Assembly (NCBI GenBank): GCA_035084275.1
Contig: CM068750.1
Location: 16,616,001-16,680,000, forward strand
From: Hydrolagus colliei
Taxonomy: Eukaryota
DNA: 64,000 nucleotides
Reading direction: 5' to 3'
The position numbers were made by a program, and so were the translations under genes. This document shows, one piece after another, positions 26,945-38,840 of this stretch; the first letter of the stretch is position 1; each line of letters starts with the position of its first letter. The notes beneath the pieces are model-generated. The model was not told where the DNA came from. It saw only the letters and a list, made by a program, of their open reading frames with translations, and did no database searches.

Positions 26945-27165
26945 CAGCCTGGCTCAGTTGATCATACTCGCTTTTATGTCACATGATTGTGGGTTCAAGC
27001 CCCATGCGGGGACTTGGTTTGCATTGTCTAGGCTGACACTCTAATGTGGTGGCTGTGTGCTCATTGCTCTACGCAGTTTGGCAATCACAACACATAATAG
27101 TGAAGCACATTGAAAATCCTTGACGATGTGATAAGGAGCTATATTAAATACAAGGATGATTATTG
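26945..27165 (+). mobile_element. Deu-type SINE with an internal deletion
   Basis: tggctcagttg...ttgtgggttcaagcccc...tctaggctgacact head and a tail ...taaatacaaggatgattatt. Confidence 0.55.
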
Positions 27166-27209
27166 TATTAGCTTAGTTCCATTTTCTTACTTGGATTCTT
27201 CATCTATGT

Positions 27210-27420
27210 CAGTGGCTTCCAAACTTTAAATAACAGCGCTCCACCTAACTCAGCAAAGTTTTTGTTGCATCCCCCCCACCCTCCTTCACACTCGGTTCCA
27301 CACACTCGGGTCCTCGGCTCCACACGCACTCGGGAGCTCAAGACTCTAAAGCTCCGCGCGCCCCCAGCCAACGGTACATGCCCCCTAAGGGAGGCACACC
27401 TCACAGTTTGGAAACCTCTG
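27210..27420. mobile_element. hAT (Charlie-like) MITE
   Basis: TIRs cagtggcttccaaact / agtttggaaacctctg. The 8-bp flanks atctatgt and atcttcgt match at 6/8, consistent with a decayed hAT TSD. Confidence 0.75.
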
Positions 27421-27794
27421 ATCTTCGTGATGGGACTTTGAGCTGAACAATGAGCAACAAATATGCAGATTGAAATCCTGAGTTTTACTGGATATCGTGA
27501 TTTTAAAAAGGAGGAACAATCTCTATGAATACCTGTTATTGTCTTGTTGATATGATTTTCAGATTAGAATGAAGGCCTGAGATCCCAGAAGTAAAATAAA
27601 TTAGCTACTGTTCCACTGTGCTACAGTTTCCTGTGCACCCAGTTTCACAAATTGCACTGGCGTAATTTGAGGATATCCTGTTACATAATTGCATCTAAAA
27701 TTTGCAGTGGGTTGGTGCTGCAGGTGCAAAGTGTTTTCTGGCCATGTAGGTATGAGGTTATTATCTTTAAACCAACACATGGATTCCTTGCCAA

Positions 27795-28195
27795 ACTCCA
27801 CTGGGTCCCTGTCAGAACGGTTCGACTTCAAGATCCTCACTCTATTGTTTAAATCCCTCCATTCCTTGGCACCTCCTATCTCTCTAACCTCCTCTTCTCC
27901 TCAAAACAGTATCCACTCTCTGGATCTGCCCACCTCCTTGTTCCCCGAATGCTCCATTCCAACATCAGTGGCCATGCGACAGGAATACTTAGCCACTACA
28001 TCCCAAAACTTTGGAACTCCATCCCTCAACCCCTTCGTCTCGCACCCTCCTTCCCCATCTCAGGTCGTTCCTGAAGACATTCCTCTACAACTGCGCCTAC
28101 TGACACCTCCCCCCTCCCTCTTGCTCGGCCTCCAGCATTGTTAAGCAGTCTGAGATGCCGTTCAATATCGAGGGTGCTCTATAAAGTTGTTGTTA
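27795..28195 (+). mobile_element. L2 LINE 3' end
   Basis: RFDFKILTLLFKSLHSLAPP motif, followed by the tail ...ctctataaagttgttgtt. Confidence 0.8.
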
Positions 28196-28562
28196 TCGCA
28201 TAAATTGATGGAAGATATTTTTGGCATGCACTGTATACCAGATGAATTCTTCAAAGGTTGCATATTTTTCCACACACAAACTGTTACCCCACCGAAAGGA
28301 CCAAGACAAACGATAGTAATATAGTTTGAGTCGTGAAACACTGTAAGATGCAAATTGATAGCTATTCTGCATTCCTGGCTTGAACAACATTGCTATTGAG
28401 AGACAGAATGCATAAGACAGGTGCTTATTTACAGGTTGAAAGGAAAACAAGAGAAAGTCACCCAAGGTTGTCCTTAGCTGTGTAGCAACAATTTTTGGAC
28501 TCATCAACATGCAGAGAGGTCAGTGTTGGAATACTTCTAGCACTCAGCACAAACCTCAAATA

Positions 28563-30057
28563 CCGTATATCTCCGCGTATAAGGCGCACCCGCGTATAAG
28601 GCGCACCCCCCCCTTTTTGACCTTTTCTTGGTGAAAAAAAACGGAAGCATATTCAATGATATTGCCGGCAGAAGCGAGGAGACAGGAGAGACAGGTAGGT
28701 AGGGAGAGAGAGAGGCAGGGAGAGAGAGAGGGAAAGAGGAAGGCCGGCAGCGTGGGAGAGAGAGAGGGAGAGAGGCAGGCCGGCACGCAGGCAGGGAGGG
28801 AGGGAGGGAGAGCGGCAGGCCGGCAGCCCGGGAGAGAGAGAGGGAGAGCGGCAGGCCGGCAGCCTGGGAGAGAGAGAGGGAGAGAGGCAGGCCGGCAGCC
28901 CGGGAGAGAGAGAGGGAGAGAGGCAGGCCGGCAGCCCGGGAGAGAGAGAGGGAGAGAGGCAGCAGGCCGGCAGCCCGGGAGAGAGAGAGGGAGGCCGGCA
29001 GCCCGGGAGAGAGAGAGGGAGAGAGGCAGGCCGGCAGCCCGGGAGAGAGAGAGGCAGGCCGGCAGCCCGGGAGAGAGAGAGGGAGAGAGGCAGGCCGGCA
29101 GCCTGGGAGAGAGAGAGGGAGAGAGGCAGGCCGGCACGCAGGCAGGGAGGGAGGGAGGGAGAGCGGCAGGCCGGCAGCCCGGGAGGGAGAGAGGCAGGCC
29201 GGCAGCCTGGGAGAGAGAGAGGGAGAACGGCAGGCCGGCAGCCTGGGAGAGAGAGGGGGAGAGAGAGAGGGAGACAGCCAGGCCGGCAGCCCGGGGGAGA
29301 GAGAGAGGGAGAGAGGCAGGCCGGCAGCCCGGGAGGGAGAGAGGCAGGCCGGCAGCCTGGGAGAGAGAGAGGGAGAGCGGCAGGCCGGCAGCCTGGGAGA
29401 GAGAGAGAGGGAGAGAGGCAAGCCGGCAGCCCGGGAGAGAGAGAGGCAGGCCGGCAGCGAGAGAGAGGGAGGCCGGCAGCCCGGGAGAGAGAGAGGGAGA
29501 GAGGCAGGCCGGCAGCCCGGGAGAGAGAGAGGGAGAGAGGCAGGCCGGCAGCCCGGGAGAGAGAGAGGAAGAGAGGCAGGCCGGCAGCCTGGGAGAGAGA
29601 GAGAGGGAGAGAGGCAGGCCGGCAGCCCGGGAGAGAGAGAGGGAGAGAGGCAGGCCGGCAGCCTGGGAGAGAGAGAGGGAGAGAGGCAGGCCGGCAGCCT
29701 GGGAGAGAGAGAGGGAGAGAGGCAGGCCGGCAGCCTGGGAGAGAGAGAGAGGAGAGAGGCAGGCAGGCACGCAGGCAGGCAGGGAGGGACGCAGGCAGAC
29801 TGGGTTCGGCAGAAGGTAAGCACAGCACTGAAGTCCGCTGCTGCTGCCGCTGCCCGGGCGGCCGAGGCCCCGTCACCCGCTCCTCCCAACCCCCGCCGGA
29901 CACTGACCAAACCCCGGCTGACAGCGCGCCGGCCGCGCCCCCTGTTTACTGTATCTCCGAGGCTCAAAATTGCTTGTACCTGCGTATAGGGCGTACCCCC
30001 AACTTTCGAGATCTTCCGACCTGAAAAAAAGTGCGCCTTATATGCGGAGATATACGG
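28563..30057. mobile_element. Non-autonomous Tc1/mariner-superfamily (Tc2/pogo-type ends) DNA transposon with an internal minisatellite
   Basis: 27-bp TIRs CCGTATATCTCCGC(G/A)TATAAGGCGCAC at 28563-28589 and 30031-30057 (26/27 match), TA duplication at 28561-62 and 30058-59, and a subterminal repeat CGCGTATAAGGCGCACCC. Confidence 0.9.
28735..29790. repeat. Purine-rich minisatellite, ~36-bp unit GGCAGGCCGGCAGCCYGGGAGAGAGAGAGGGAGAGA
   Basis: Roughly 25-30 tandem copies with a variable (GA)n spacer. It accounts for the 387-476 aa low-complexity ORFs. Confidence 0.95.
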
Positions 30058-30270
30058 TACACAAAAACGAAATGTAGTGTACCCTTTCCTATTCTCTGAT
30101 CCTCAACTGCAGGGCACCTGGAGAATAAATGGGTTCACAGCACACGTGAGATCAAACTATTTCAGGGCAGAATGCAGAGCAATGTTGGCCAATTTTTTGG
30201 TTGGCCAACAAAATAAATGTTCTTGATTAAATATTTATTTGCAAATGAAAAATCAAGAAATATTCATGCT

Positions 30271-30785
30271 CACGGTACTCTTATCTTCGAGTAAGAATTA
30301 CACACTCCTTCCCAGTGTACTCTTGAAGGAGCAATCCGCCTCTTCCTATTTTATCTAACACTGACCCACTTTTAACTACAATGACAGGCTTAGGTTTCAT
30401 TTCCCCGTGTCCAGCTCAATGGCTGACGACACACAAGGGATTTAGAAATCATGGTCTGGGTCTTATGTCCTGCCATTTCTGATTCTCTAACCCCAACGCA
30501 CCCTAATCCTATCCCACCATTTCTGATTCACTTCTGCCGTGAGTGCTGAATGAATGTTTGAGGCGTCCCTCCACTGCTATTCTCACTTATTTGTTTGTTA
30601 GTATTTTCCTTATGCTTTAACTTATCTTATGTTACAAGCCCTGACCCCTAGCAGTGAGATCAACTACCATGCAGCACTTTGGGTACCAAATTTCACAGTA
30701 CTCTTATCTCTGGGTGAGAATTACATGCTTCTTCCATGTACCTGGAAAAAGCATGTAACTCTCACCCAGAGATAAGTGTACCGTG
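30271..30785. mobile_element. Probable non-autonomous DNA element with long inverted ends and a terminal hairpin
   Basis: cacggtactcttatcttcgagtaagaattaca (30271) is inverted relative to tgtaactctcacccagagataagtgtaccgtg (ending 30785), with a third internal copy at 30694. No TSD seen. Confidence 0.55.
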
Positions 30786-30877
30786 ACAATGTCATAAATC
30801 ACATTATGACATTGAATTATGACATTAAATCAAAAATCATTCAATCAAGAAAAACCTGGAAAAACTACTGATTGAAG

Positions 30878-31255
30878 AATAACAAAATTACATTTGTATA
30901 GTGCCTTTCATGTCGGGTGGACTTCCCAGGGCACTGGACAATTAAGGGTTTGCAACTGAGCTGGGGTTAGAATCAAGAGGGTTGGAGAATAGGAGGTGAG
31001 AGTGTTGTCGAAGGCAGAGTCAAGAGGATGGTCTTGAGACAGACTTTGAAGGAGGCGAGAGAGGGGGCAAAGCAGAAGGATTCACAGGTAGAATTCCAGA
31101 GGGTGTGACAGAAAACCTGAAGACCAGTCCACCAATGTTGGAGCGGAGCAGGGGACAAAGAACAGGTGAGTGCTTGCTGAGCGAACAGATTTATATGGTG
31201 TTGAGAGGTCACAGAGGTTGGGAGGAGCACGACCTTGGAGGGCTTTAAAAATGAA
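30878..31255 (-). mobile_element. L2 LINE 3' end
   Basis: LWNS...SLASFKVCLKTIL motif and the L2 tail on the reverse strand. Confidence 0.82.
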
Positions 31256-31919
31256 AGCTGCAATTACTCACTTTTTGGTGCAAACTCACATCCCTCAGCA
31301 ATGAGGAATACATCAAGTTGGAACACTGGAATTGTTCAACCCATGGGAAGTTTTCAGTCAGATGGCAGGCACTAGAGACTCAGGTGAAGTGAACTGAAAC
31401 TTGAGATAATGAAATTTGATATTTCAAGTCTCATAACTAATTTACAGATACTCAACCACCCTACCTAGAGAAGTTTTTAATGTACCCACAGATCCATTGG
31501 TGATTCGAAGATAGGTACAACATGATATTGATCATTTATTTTAGTTCTAATTCAGTTTCAATAACTGGTGAACAAACTCCCACCAATTCTGAACACTGAG
31601 ACACATGTTCAAACTTTAGTCTAAAGCAAATAAATGGATTCAATGCTGCAAAAATACTATATTAGAGTTATTTTTTAAACTAATTAATCACACGCAGACA
31701 CTGATCTCTTCTCCAGTGTCAGTGGATATTTCAATCTTCACATCGACAGAATAGCAGTAGTCATGCAGCAGTAGTCATGCTCATCCAAAACGATTCTTCA
31801 AACAAACAAACTTTGAGAACTATTTTGCCTATAAATAAATATAATAGTCTGATACTTGACAGTAGATCCCTGTGATAAGCTCGTGAAGTATAACTCTACA
31901 ATTTTTATCTTTTGTATTT

Positions 31920-32530
31920 GGATGACCCGCTCAGCCTTTCCCCACCTCCACAACAAAGCCCAGCTCTGCCACTGCCTCTCCCCTCAAGCCACCAAAACCC
32001 TCATCCACTTATTTATTACACATAGGCTCAACTACACCAACTCCTGCTTGTTCGGCTTTCCCAACTCTTCCCTACACAAGCTGCAGAACTCTGAGGCTAG
32101 TGTCTGCTCCCGCACCAGGCTCAGTGACCCACTCATTCCCACCCAGCTCCACATCCAAAATGAGTTCAAAATCATAGCCCTCACCTTCAAAGTCCTCTAC
32201 GGTCTTGCTCCTTCTTACCTCTGTGATCTGGTAATGCCATATCAACCTGTCCACTCCTTCCATTGAGAAGGCTCCGATTTGTTCCAGATCCCCCGCCCAA
32301 CCCACCAACAGTGGTCGGGCCTTCAGTCTCTTTGCCTCCACCCTTTGGAACTGTATCTCACAGACCTTGCACCTTGCTCCATCCATTACCTCCTTCAAGA
32401 CCCTCCTCTTTGACTGCCCATTTGGCCACCCTCCTTCCCCTACCTTTGATGAAATCATCACCTGGCTCAGGCCCAAATCCTTGACTGTCCTGATGCGAAA
32501 GACCTATAAAAACGCAACTTGTTGTTATTG
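31920..32530 (+). mobile_element. L2 LINE 3' region
   Basis: KTLIHLFITHRLNYTNSCLFG...FKIIALTFKVLYGLAPSYLCDL. Confidence 0.85.
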
Positions 32531-32774
32531 TTTCATATCCAATTTCATTATATCCCGTTATATCAAATGCAAGGAAGACGTGAAAAGTGCTATATCAAAT
32601 GCAAGGATTATTATAGAGACTTTGAACTCATTGCAGGATGACAATCATGAGCAAATTTTAGAAACCAGCACTAACCTGGTGTACAGCACAGAATGTAAAA
32701 TCCCCAGTCTTCACTTACCACATCTACCCATTTGTCTCAAGTCTACAAGAACAGGATTTCAGGAATGCTGTCAG

Positions 32775-33500
32775 ACTGGCTCTCTTGGTAGCACTTTTGA
32801 CTCAGAAAATTGTGGGGTCAAGCCCACCTAAGAGTGCTATGGAGTCCTGTAGCACAGTGGTTAGAGCATTTGCCTTGCAAGCAAAACATCTGGGTTCAAT
32901 TCTGGGTAGGGCAAAACCATGGGCAAGTTTTCTTATTCTGCACACCAGATAATATTCCCAATAAAAAAAGGTGATAATTTCAATCCACAATCATATGTGG
33001 GACACTTCTGTGCGCAACTGGATGCCATGTTTTGCCCACAGATATTCAGTCAATTCACTTTGCAGTATATTCTGTGAAGCGCTTTGAGACGTCTAGAAGA
33101 CGTGAAAAGCGCTATATCAAATGCAAGGATTATTACAGAGACTTTGAACTCAGTGCAGGCTGACAATCTAGTATAGTGCTGGGGATATGCTGCATTTTCA
33201 GAGATGCCATTCTTCAGATAAGATGTTCAACTGAGATCCTGTCTGCCTGTTCAGGTAGATGTTAACGTCATCTTGCCGAGAGAACTATTCGCTAAAGAAA
33301 TTAGAGAATTCTCCCAGTGTCCTCACAAACGAGCTTAGATGAAAAAAAAGACATTAATTTAATGGTTGTTTGTGCAACAATCATGTGTATAAATTGCTGT
33401 ATTCACCCAAAATAGTCACTACAATTTACAGTAAAACTGAGAAGCAATTTCAGATTTCCTCCTGAACATGAAAGCAGCTACATCAAATATAAGGATTGTT
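32775..33500 (+). mobile_element. Older Deu-domain SINE split by a younger SINE
   Basis: Head at 32775-32834. It resumes at 33137 with agagactttga...gatgccattcttcagataagatgttcaactgagatcctgtctgcc. Confidence 0.65.
32838..33136 (+). mobile_element. Full-length tRNA-derived SINE nested in an older Deu-domain SINE
   Basis: ggagtcctgtagcacagtggttagagc head and an intact tail stem-loop at 33078-33113. Confidence 0.9.
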
Positions 33501-33879
33501 ATTAATTTATCAATTCTTGCTTCAGTCATGTCATACAAAATTCAGCAAGTGTATAGTTCAATAGATGTCTTTTGATTCCTCCCTACATAGACTTCCACTT
33601 GGCATCTTCCGAGCGCTGCAGTGCTGAACTAAGGAACTCAGCATATTAACAGATTCAACCTACATGCTGAGTGTCCATGACATATTCATGTTGGCCATCC
33701 ATTTTGGACAACACACACAAGTGTTCAACTCTCTCAAACTGCAGCAAATACAAACAGCTATCTTAGTTAAAAGCTGCTGAATTAAGGGAAATAGTAATGT
33801 TCACAGAAAATGATAAGAGTGCTCAGGTTTGTTCAATCATATGTTTCCAGGCAAACAAATCTATGCAAGCTCAATTTAT

Positions 33880-34097
33880 AATAATACTTGCATTTGATAT
33901 AGCATTTTTCACATTTCTAGACATCTCAAAGTGCTTCACAGAATATACTGTAAAGTGAACTGACTATATTTATGGGCAAAATACATCAGCCAATGCAGTA
34001 TTCTACAAACAGTCGTGGATTGAAATGACCAATTTATTATAGTTTTTTTTTGGATGGATTATTATTAGGCATGTGGAGTAAGGAAACTTGCCCAATT
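33880..34097 (-). mobile_element. Headless copy of the tRNA SINE
   Basis: Body and tail only. Similar partial copies lie at about 5935-6128, 7357-7520, 8515-8670, 11305-11410, 19918-20020, 34512-34640 (head), 34730-34842, 43645-43830, 58612-58732, 62076-62210 and 63003-63125. Confidence 0.85.
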
Positions 34098-34863
34098 TAA
34101 AATTAGATTAGGGAAGAGATCACCTTCACAAACAAATTAAATAAAGTGATAAAATCCCATTAATTTAATAATGTACAGAGGGAACAGCAAGATCAAGGCA
34201 GAAGATTATTATTAATTGAATAACAGACCTTAACAGTCGTATCTTTCACTTCTACCTAACCTAGCATCTCTACTTTGTTGCATTAAACAGCTTCTCCCAT
34301 GCCCCATAGTTCTACATGACAAGTTTGAGCCACAGATCCCAAGTGGAACCAAATACAGATGTGCAGTACTACATGTTCAGAAATACATACCTGGTATAAA
34401 ACCCTAACCCCATTTTAGTATTCTTGATACAGCGCTGCCTTAAGAGTGTGGGATTCACCATGAACAAGCACGGACTTGCAGCATTTACTGGAAACAAGGT
34501 CACCAGTATACGTGGAGTCCTGTAACTCTGGGGTAGAGCACTCGCTTTACAAGTGAGAGACCTGGGTTCAATTCCAAGCAAATTTCCTTACTCCACACTC
34601 CTAATAATCAACCCTAAAAAAAAATGTAATTTCAACCCACATCTGTACAGCATACTGAAAGAGCTCTTGCCATTGCTTTCTTTGCAAAGTGACTCTAGAC
34701 ACATCTTGGAATTTATCCTTTTTTTGCACATAATAGTAATACATGCATTTGAAATAGCATCTTATGTCTTTATGAGATGTCTCAAAGCACTTCACAAAAT
34801 AAACTGTAAAGTGAATTGATTATATGTTTTGTGGGCAAAATAACTAGAAGAAATGATGTTCCC

Positions 34864-35612
34864 ATAAGTTCCCATCCCCAACCGCGGAGGATACGCTCCT
34901 GAAAACCTCCGGTAAAACCGTGGTTGGAAAATACAAGGCCCTATGGGAAACATGGGAATAGGCGCAGTACGTTTGCTTTGTCGCGGTTGGAAAATGCAGG
35001 GCCCTATGGGAAACATGGGGGTAGGGGGAATAAGTTTGGGTGCAACGGCTGCCAGGATCAGCAGCAATCCGTGAAGCTGTCTGACTGACTGATCTACACA
35101 CTGACTCAGAGCGAGAGAAATCAACGGAGAAGGTGGTGTGGTGGGTGACACGGCGATGGTGGGATGTAGAGAAGGTGGTGTGGTGGGTGACATGGGGATA
35201 GGGGGAGTAAGTTTGGGCGCATTGGCTGCCAGGATCTGCAGCAATCCGTGAGGCTGTCTGACTGACTGATCTACACACAGACACGGAGAGGGAGAGAGAG
35301 AGAGAGAGAGAGAGAGAAAAATCAATGGAGAAGGTGGTGTGGTGGGTGCCATGGAGGGGTGGGGGGATGCGGAGAAGCGACAATAAATTCATGTTATTTA
35401 CCTTAATCCTAAGAGAGAACGACATCTCGCTGGTTGATTGCGATATCACAACTGGGTCCTAGCGCTAAACGCTAGTGTTAGTGTTCAAACCCATGGATAA
35501 GCAAGGGTTAAGCAATAACCATTGCCGTGGTTAGCAAGGGTTGTCGCAACAATCTAACCGTGGATAAGTGAAGTTAGCGGTAGAAAAAAACGCAGTTGGG
35601 GCGGGCTACCTG
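34864..35612. mobile_element. Tigger/pogo-like non-autonomous element with internal tandem duplications
   Basis: Right end cgcagttggggcgggctacctg|ta is inverted relative to the degraded left end cccatccccaaccgcgg. Shares internal blocks with 46517-47105. Confidence 0.7.
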
Positions 35613-36989
35613 TACTACCAGTATATTTTTGCACTTTAAAAACATATAAAAATAACTTTTTGTTGAGAAATCAAATCCCATAGGAGACACCATATTGCAC
35701 AGCATTATAGCACCTTTCCTGTCCAGTTGGCAGGAGAGAATGCATACCCAAGTTAACCAGAAACATACAAAATGTAAGTATTTGTTGAACTGAATATTTA
35801 TTTAGTCGATTCACTTTACATACACTTTGTACAACTATTATAGCAAACTGTCAGAAAATAAATAAATTTCCACAATCAGAAGGGTAGCAGACTTCTAAAC
35901 CTGCATCATTCTAAAGTCAAGTATAAGATGTACAAAAGTCGACTGAATTGATACCACTCTTCATAATTTTCTGTCCATTCTGTGAGGTAGAGCTTGTCCT
36001 TTACCCAACTAAGTAGGATCCCTAATTTTCCCAACCATGTTTAACTCCACAATAGCAAATTAGCAAGTATTTCAATATAAAACATGCTACTTAATCAAAG
36101 TCTTCTTATTTACAAAAGGGTTGCAAATTTGTAGACTTGGTTCCTACATTGTAATGTTATAGATCTATTATCAATTATTAGTAACAAGCAATCATAAAGG
36201 ATCTGCTGATAAGTATCCGCATACTCAGCATGTTGTGCTCATCTATTCTCGGTGGGTGAGTGATGGGGGCGCAGGGGGTTGGTGGTAAACGGATACACGG
36301 AATCTCCAAGAAGTGAACCAGCTCCAAGGCAACGCGCTTAGCAACAGGATCACAATCAAGTTACTCTGCAGTGTTCTTGGTACAGTCCAGTTTCCAAGCC
36401 AGGGGGTATTCCAAACCATTGCTGATGATAGAGCATTGCCTGGCTCATCAGCAGGACTCAAGGGACAAACGGGTCACTGGGGGCTTGGACATATATTATT
36501 TCCACAAAGCTCTGGCTAACCCTGGCCAAAGCCCTTGAGCTTAAAGAGTGGTCTTAGCTGGACAAGCAGCAAGAAGCTTGCCGGCAGTGCTCTCAGTGGC
36601 AAGTCAAGTCTCAAACCAGGTAGTTATGGAATCTAGAGATTACTCCAATGTAATATTAAACAAAAGTCTGTTTCAGTTGTACAGTTAATTAAGTACGTAT
36701 ATTGGTGCTTTGTGATAACTTCAGGAACAGATATTGTACAGTAACTTGTTTTAACAAAACTGGTACACCTCTGGGTATTTTCCTAGCAGCCCGAAACCCC
36801 AAAAAGCTCAATGCGCTCATTGTACATCCTCTTTCACCCACACAAACTGAGATGTTAGATATTTGGTGTAACATTAAAACAATGAACCATGTAGGTACTG
36901 TAGTAATAATAATCATTACATTTGATATAGCACTTTATCACGTCTTCGAGATGTCCCAAAGTGCTTCATAGCAAGATGATGATTATTAT

Positions 36990-37715
36990 TATTATTAGTC
37001 AGATGGAAGTATACTCTTTGGCTCTCATCAACATCTTCTCTCCTGCAGGTCTGAACTTCTCAACCTCCACGGGCTCTCCCATACACACCAAATCCAGGTG
37101 CAGCTTAGGCATCAGGTTCGATCCCCAGCTTTCCTTCTTGCCACACATTCCCTGACCAGGACCGCTTTTTTCTACCTCCGTCACATTGCCCATCTCCGTC
37201 TGTACTTCACAATCAAGCAGACAAAACCCTTGTTCACGCCTTCATCACTCCTGTCTGCACTATTCCATTGCCCTCCTCTCCCCAGCTCCATACACAAAAT
37301 TCAACTAATTAAAAACTCCACTGCCCAGATACTCACCCACACAAAACTCTGGATCCCGATCACACCAGTTTCACTGACTCCCAATTACCGAACAGATCGA
37401 TTTTGAGATCCTCTCACTCATTTTCAAATCCTTTCATGCCCTCGCATCTGCCTAACTATCCAATTTGCTTACCCCCCCACTCCTCCACCTCTGCTGGCTC
37501 CAGCTTCCTGTTCATCCCTCTCCACAATCGGTGGCCACTAAGCCCCCAAACTCTGGAACTCACTCCCTCCTTCCCCGCCTAAACATCTTCCTTTTTGATC
37601 GTGCTTATGGTCCTTTCTCTCTATCCCCTGGCTAAGGGTCAGGCATCGCCACTGTCAAGCACTCTGGGACACTACTCTGTGTGAAGGATGCTATATAAAT
37701 GCAAGTTATTGTTAT
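36990..37715 (+). mobile_element. L2 LINE 3' region
   Basis: LGIRFDPQLSFLPHI / RTAFFYLRHIAHLR / QLIKNSTAQILT motifs, ending in the tail tataaatgcaagttattgtt. Confidence 0.85.
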
Positions 37716-38499
37716 ACATCCTTGCTGAAAAATTAGTGTTGTAATTTTAGAACTATTGATTTGCACATCCAGGTATTGAAACGGGCTAAGACAAAAAGCA
37801 AAAGAGTGATATTGGCCATTCACTTTGTTGTTGATTGTGGGCAAATTGGCTGCCGCTGCATTGATCTCTGCCGTCTATACTTTGATCTTTACAGTCACTT
37901 CACTTTACAGTGAAATGAATTCCTTCAGGATACAACGTACGAATCAAATGCAAGGTTAAATCACATATGAGAGTGCTACATAGGCTTTTCTGCCACCATT
38001 TAGAGGATTGTACACAGGATTTCAAATTAAATGAGAGCATGCAGAAAAAGGATAGTTGACTTAGCATGCAGTACTTAAACAGGATTTTCAAAGGAGTGTG
38101 TTAATTTAAAATGTCAATTGACGAATCAATTGGGCTTTCCCCCTTTTGACATAACTGAAACAAATTTTCAATAATATAATTGAAGGGATTCTCATAAATT
38201 GAAGATAAAGCATGGTACAGCATGTACACTAATATCATAGTCAGACTGTGGCAGCATTGTGCCTGGATCCCTTGCTGAATCTGCAGCACAAAGCAAATCA
38301 ATAACCAAAAGGTCAAAAATTTGTTTTACACGCAAGAAAGTCTAGATATTAACAAACATTCCCTTAACCCTTGGTTTTTCCTAGCTCAGCACAATTGCCA
38401 ATTCAAAAACACTATCTGTTCCAGTAATGATCAAGGAGGCAAAAAAAAATTCACCTTCAAGTCCAAGTCACACTTCTAAAATACTACAAATCTTTTACA

Positions 38500-38840
38500 A
38501 ACTCCCACATTGGGACTTACAAATTAGTCTGAATGATACTCCAACGCAGTGCTGCATTGTGGGAGATGCCATCCTTCGGATGAGATGTTAAACAAAGGTC
38601 CCATCTGCCTAGTCAGGATCTTTGAGACATTAAAGGTCCCATACCACTATTTGAAAACAAAAATTGGCCAACAATTCCTTCATATAAAATTGGTTATTCA
38701 CTTCACTGCAGTTGCGGGCCAATTTTGTGAGCAAATTGCTACTTACTGCATTTGTCCACAACTTCACAGAAATTCCTGTGAAATACTTTTAGGCATCTCA
38801 ATGATGTGATAAGATGCTATGATAAATGCAAGGATTATTT
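38500..38840 (+). mobile_element. Older Deu-domain SINE
   Basis: gtgctgcattgtgggagatgccatccttcggatgagatgttaaac...aaatgcaaggattatt. Confidence 0.75.

Noticed and set aside
28735-29790. Repeat array resembling CRISPR
   Set aside because: No unique spacers (the spacers are (GA)n), no cas genes, and the DNA is vertebrate.
28537-29967. Four long ORFs of 387-476 aa on both strands
   Set aside because: They are translations of a stop-free minisatellite inside a TIR element; low complexity and open in several frames.
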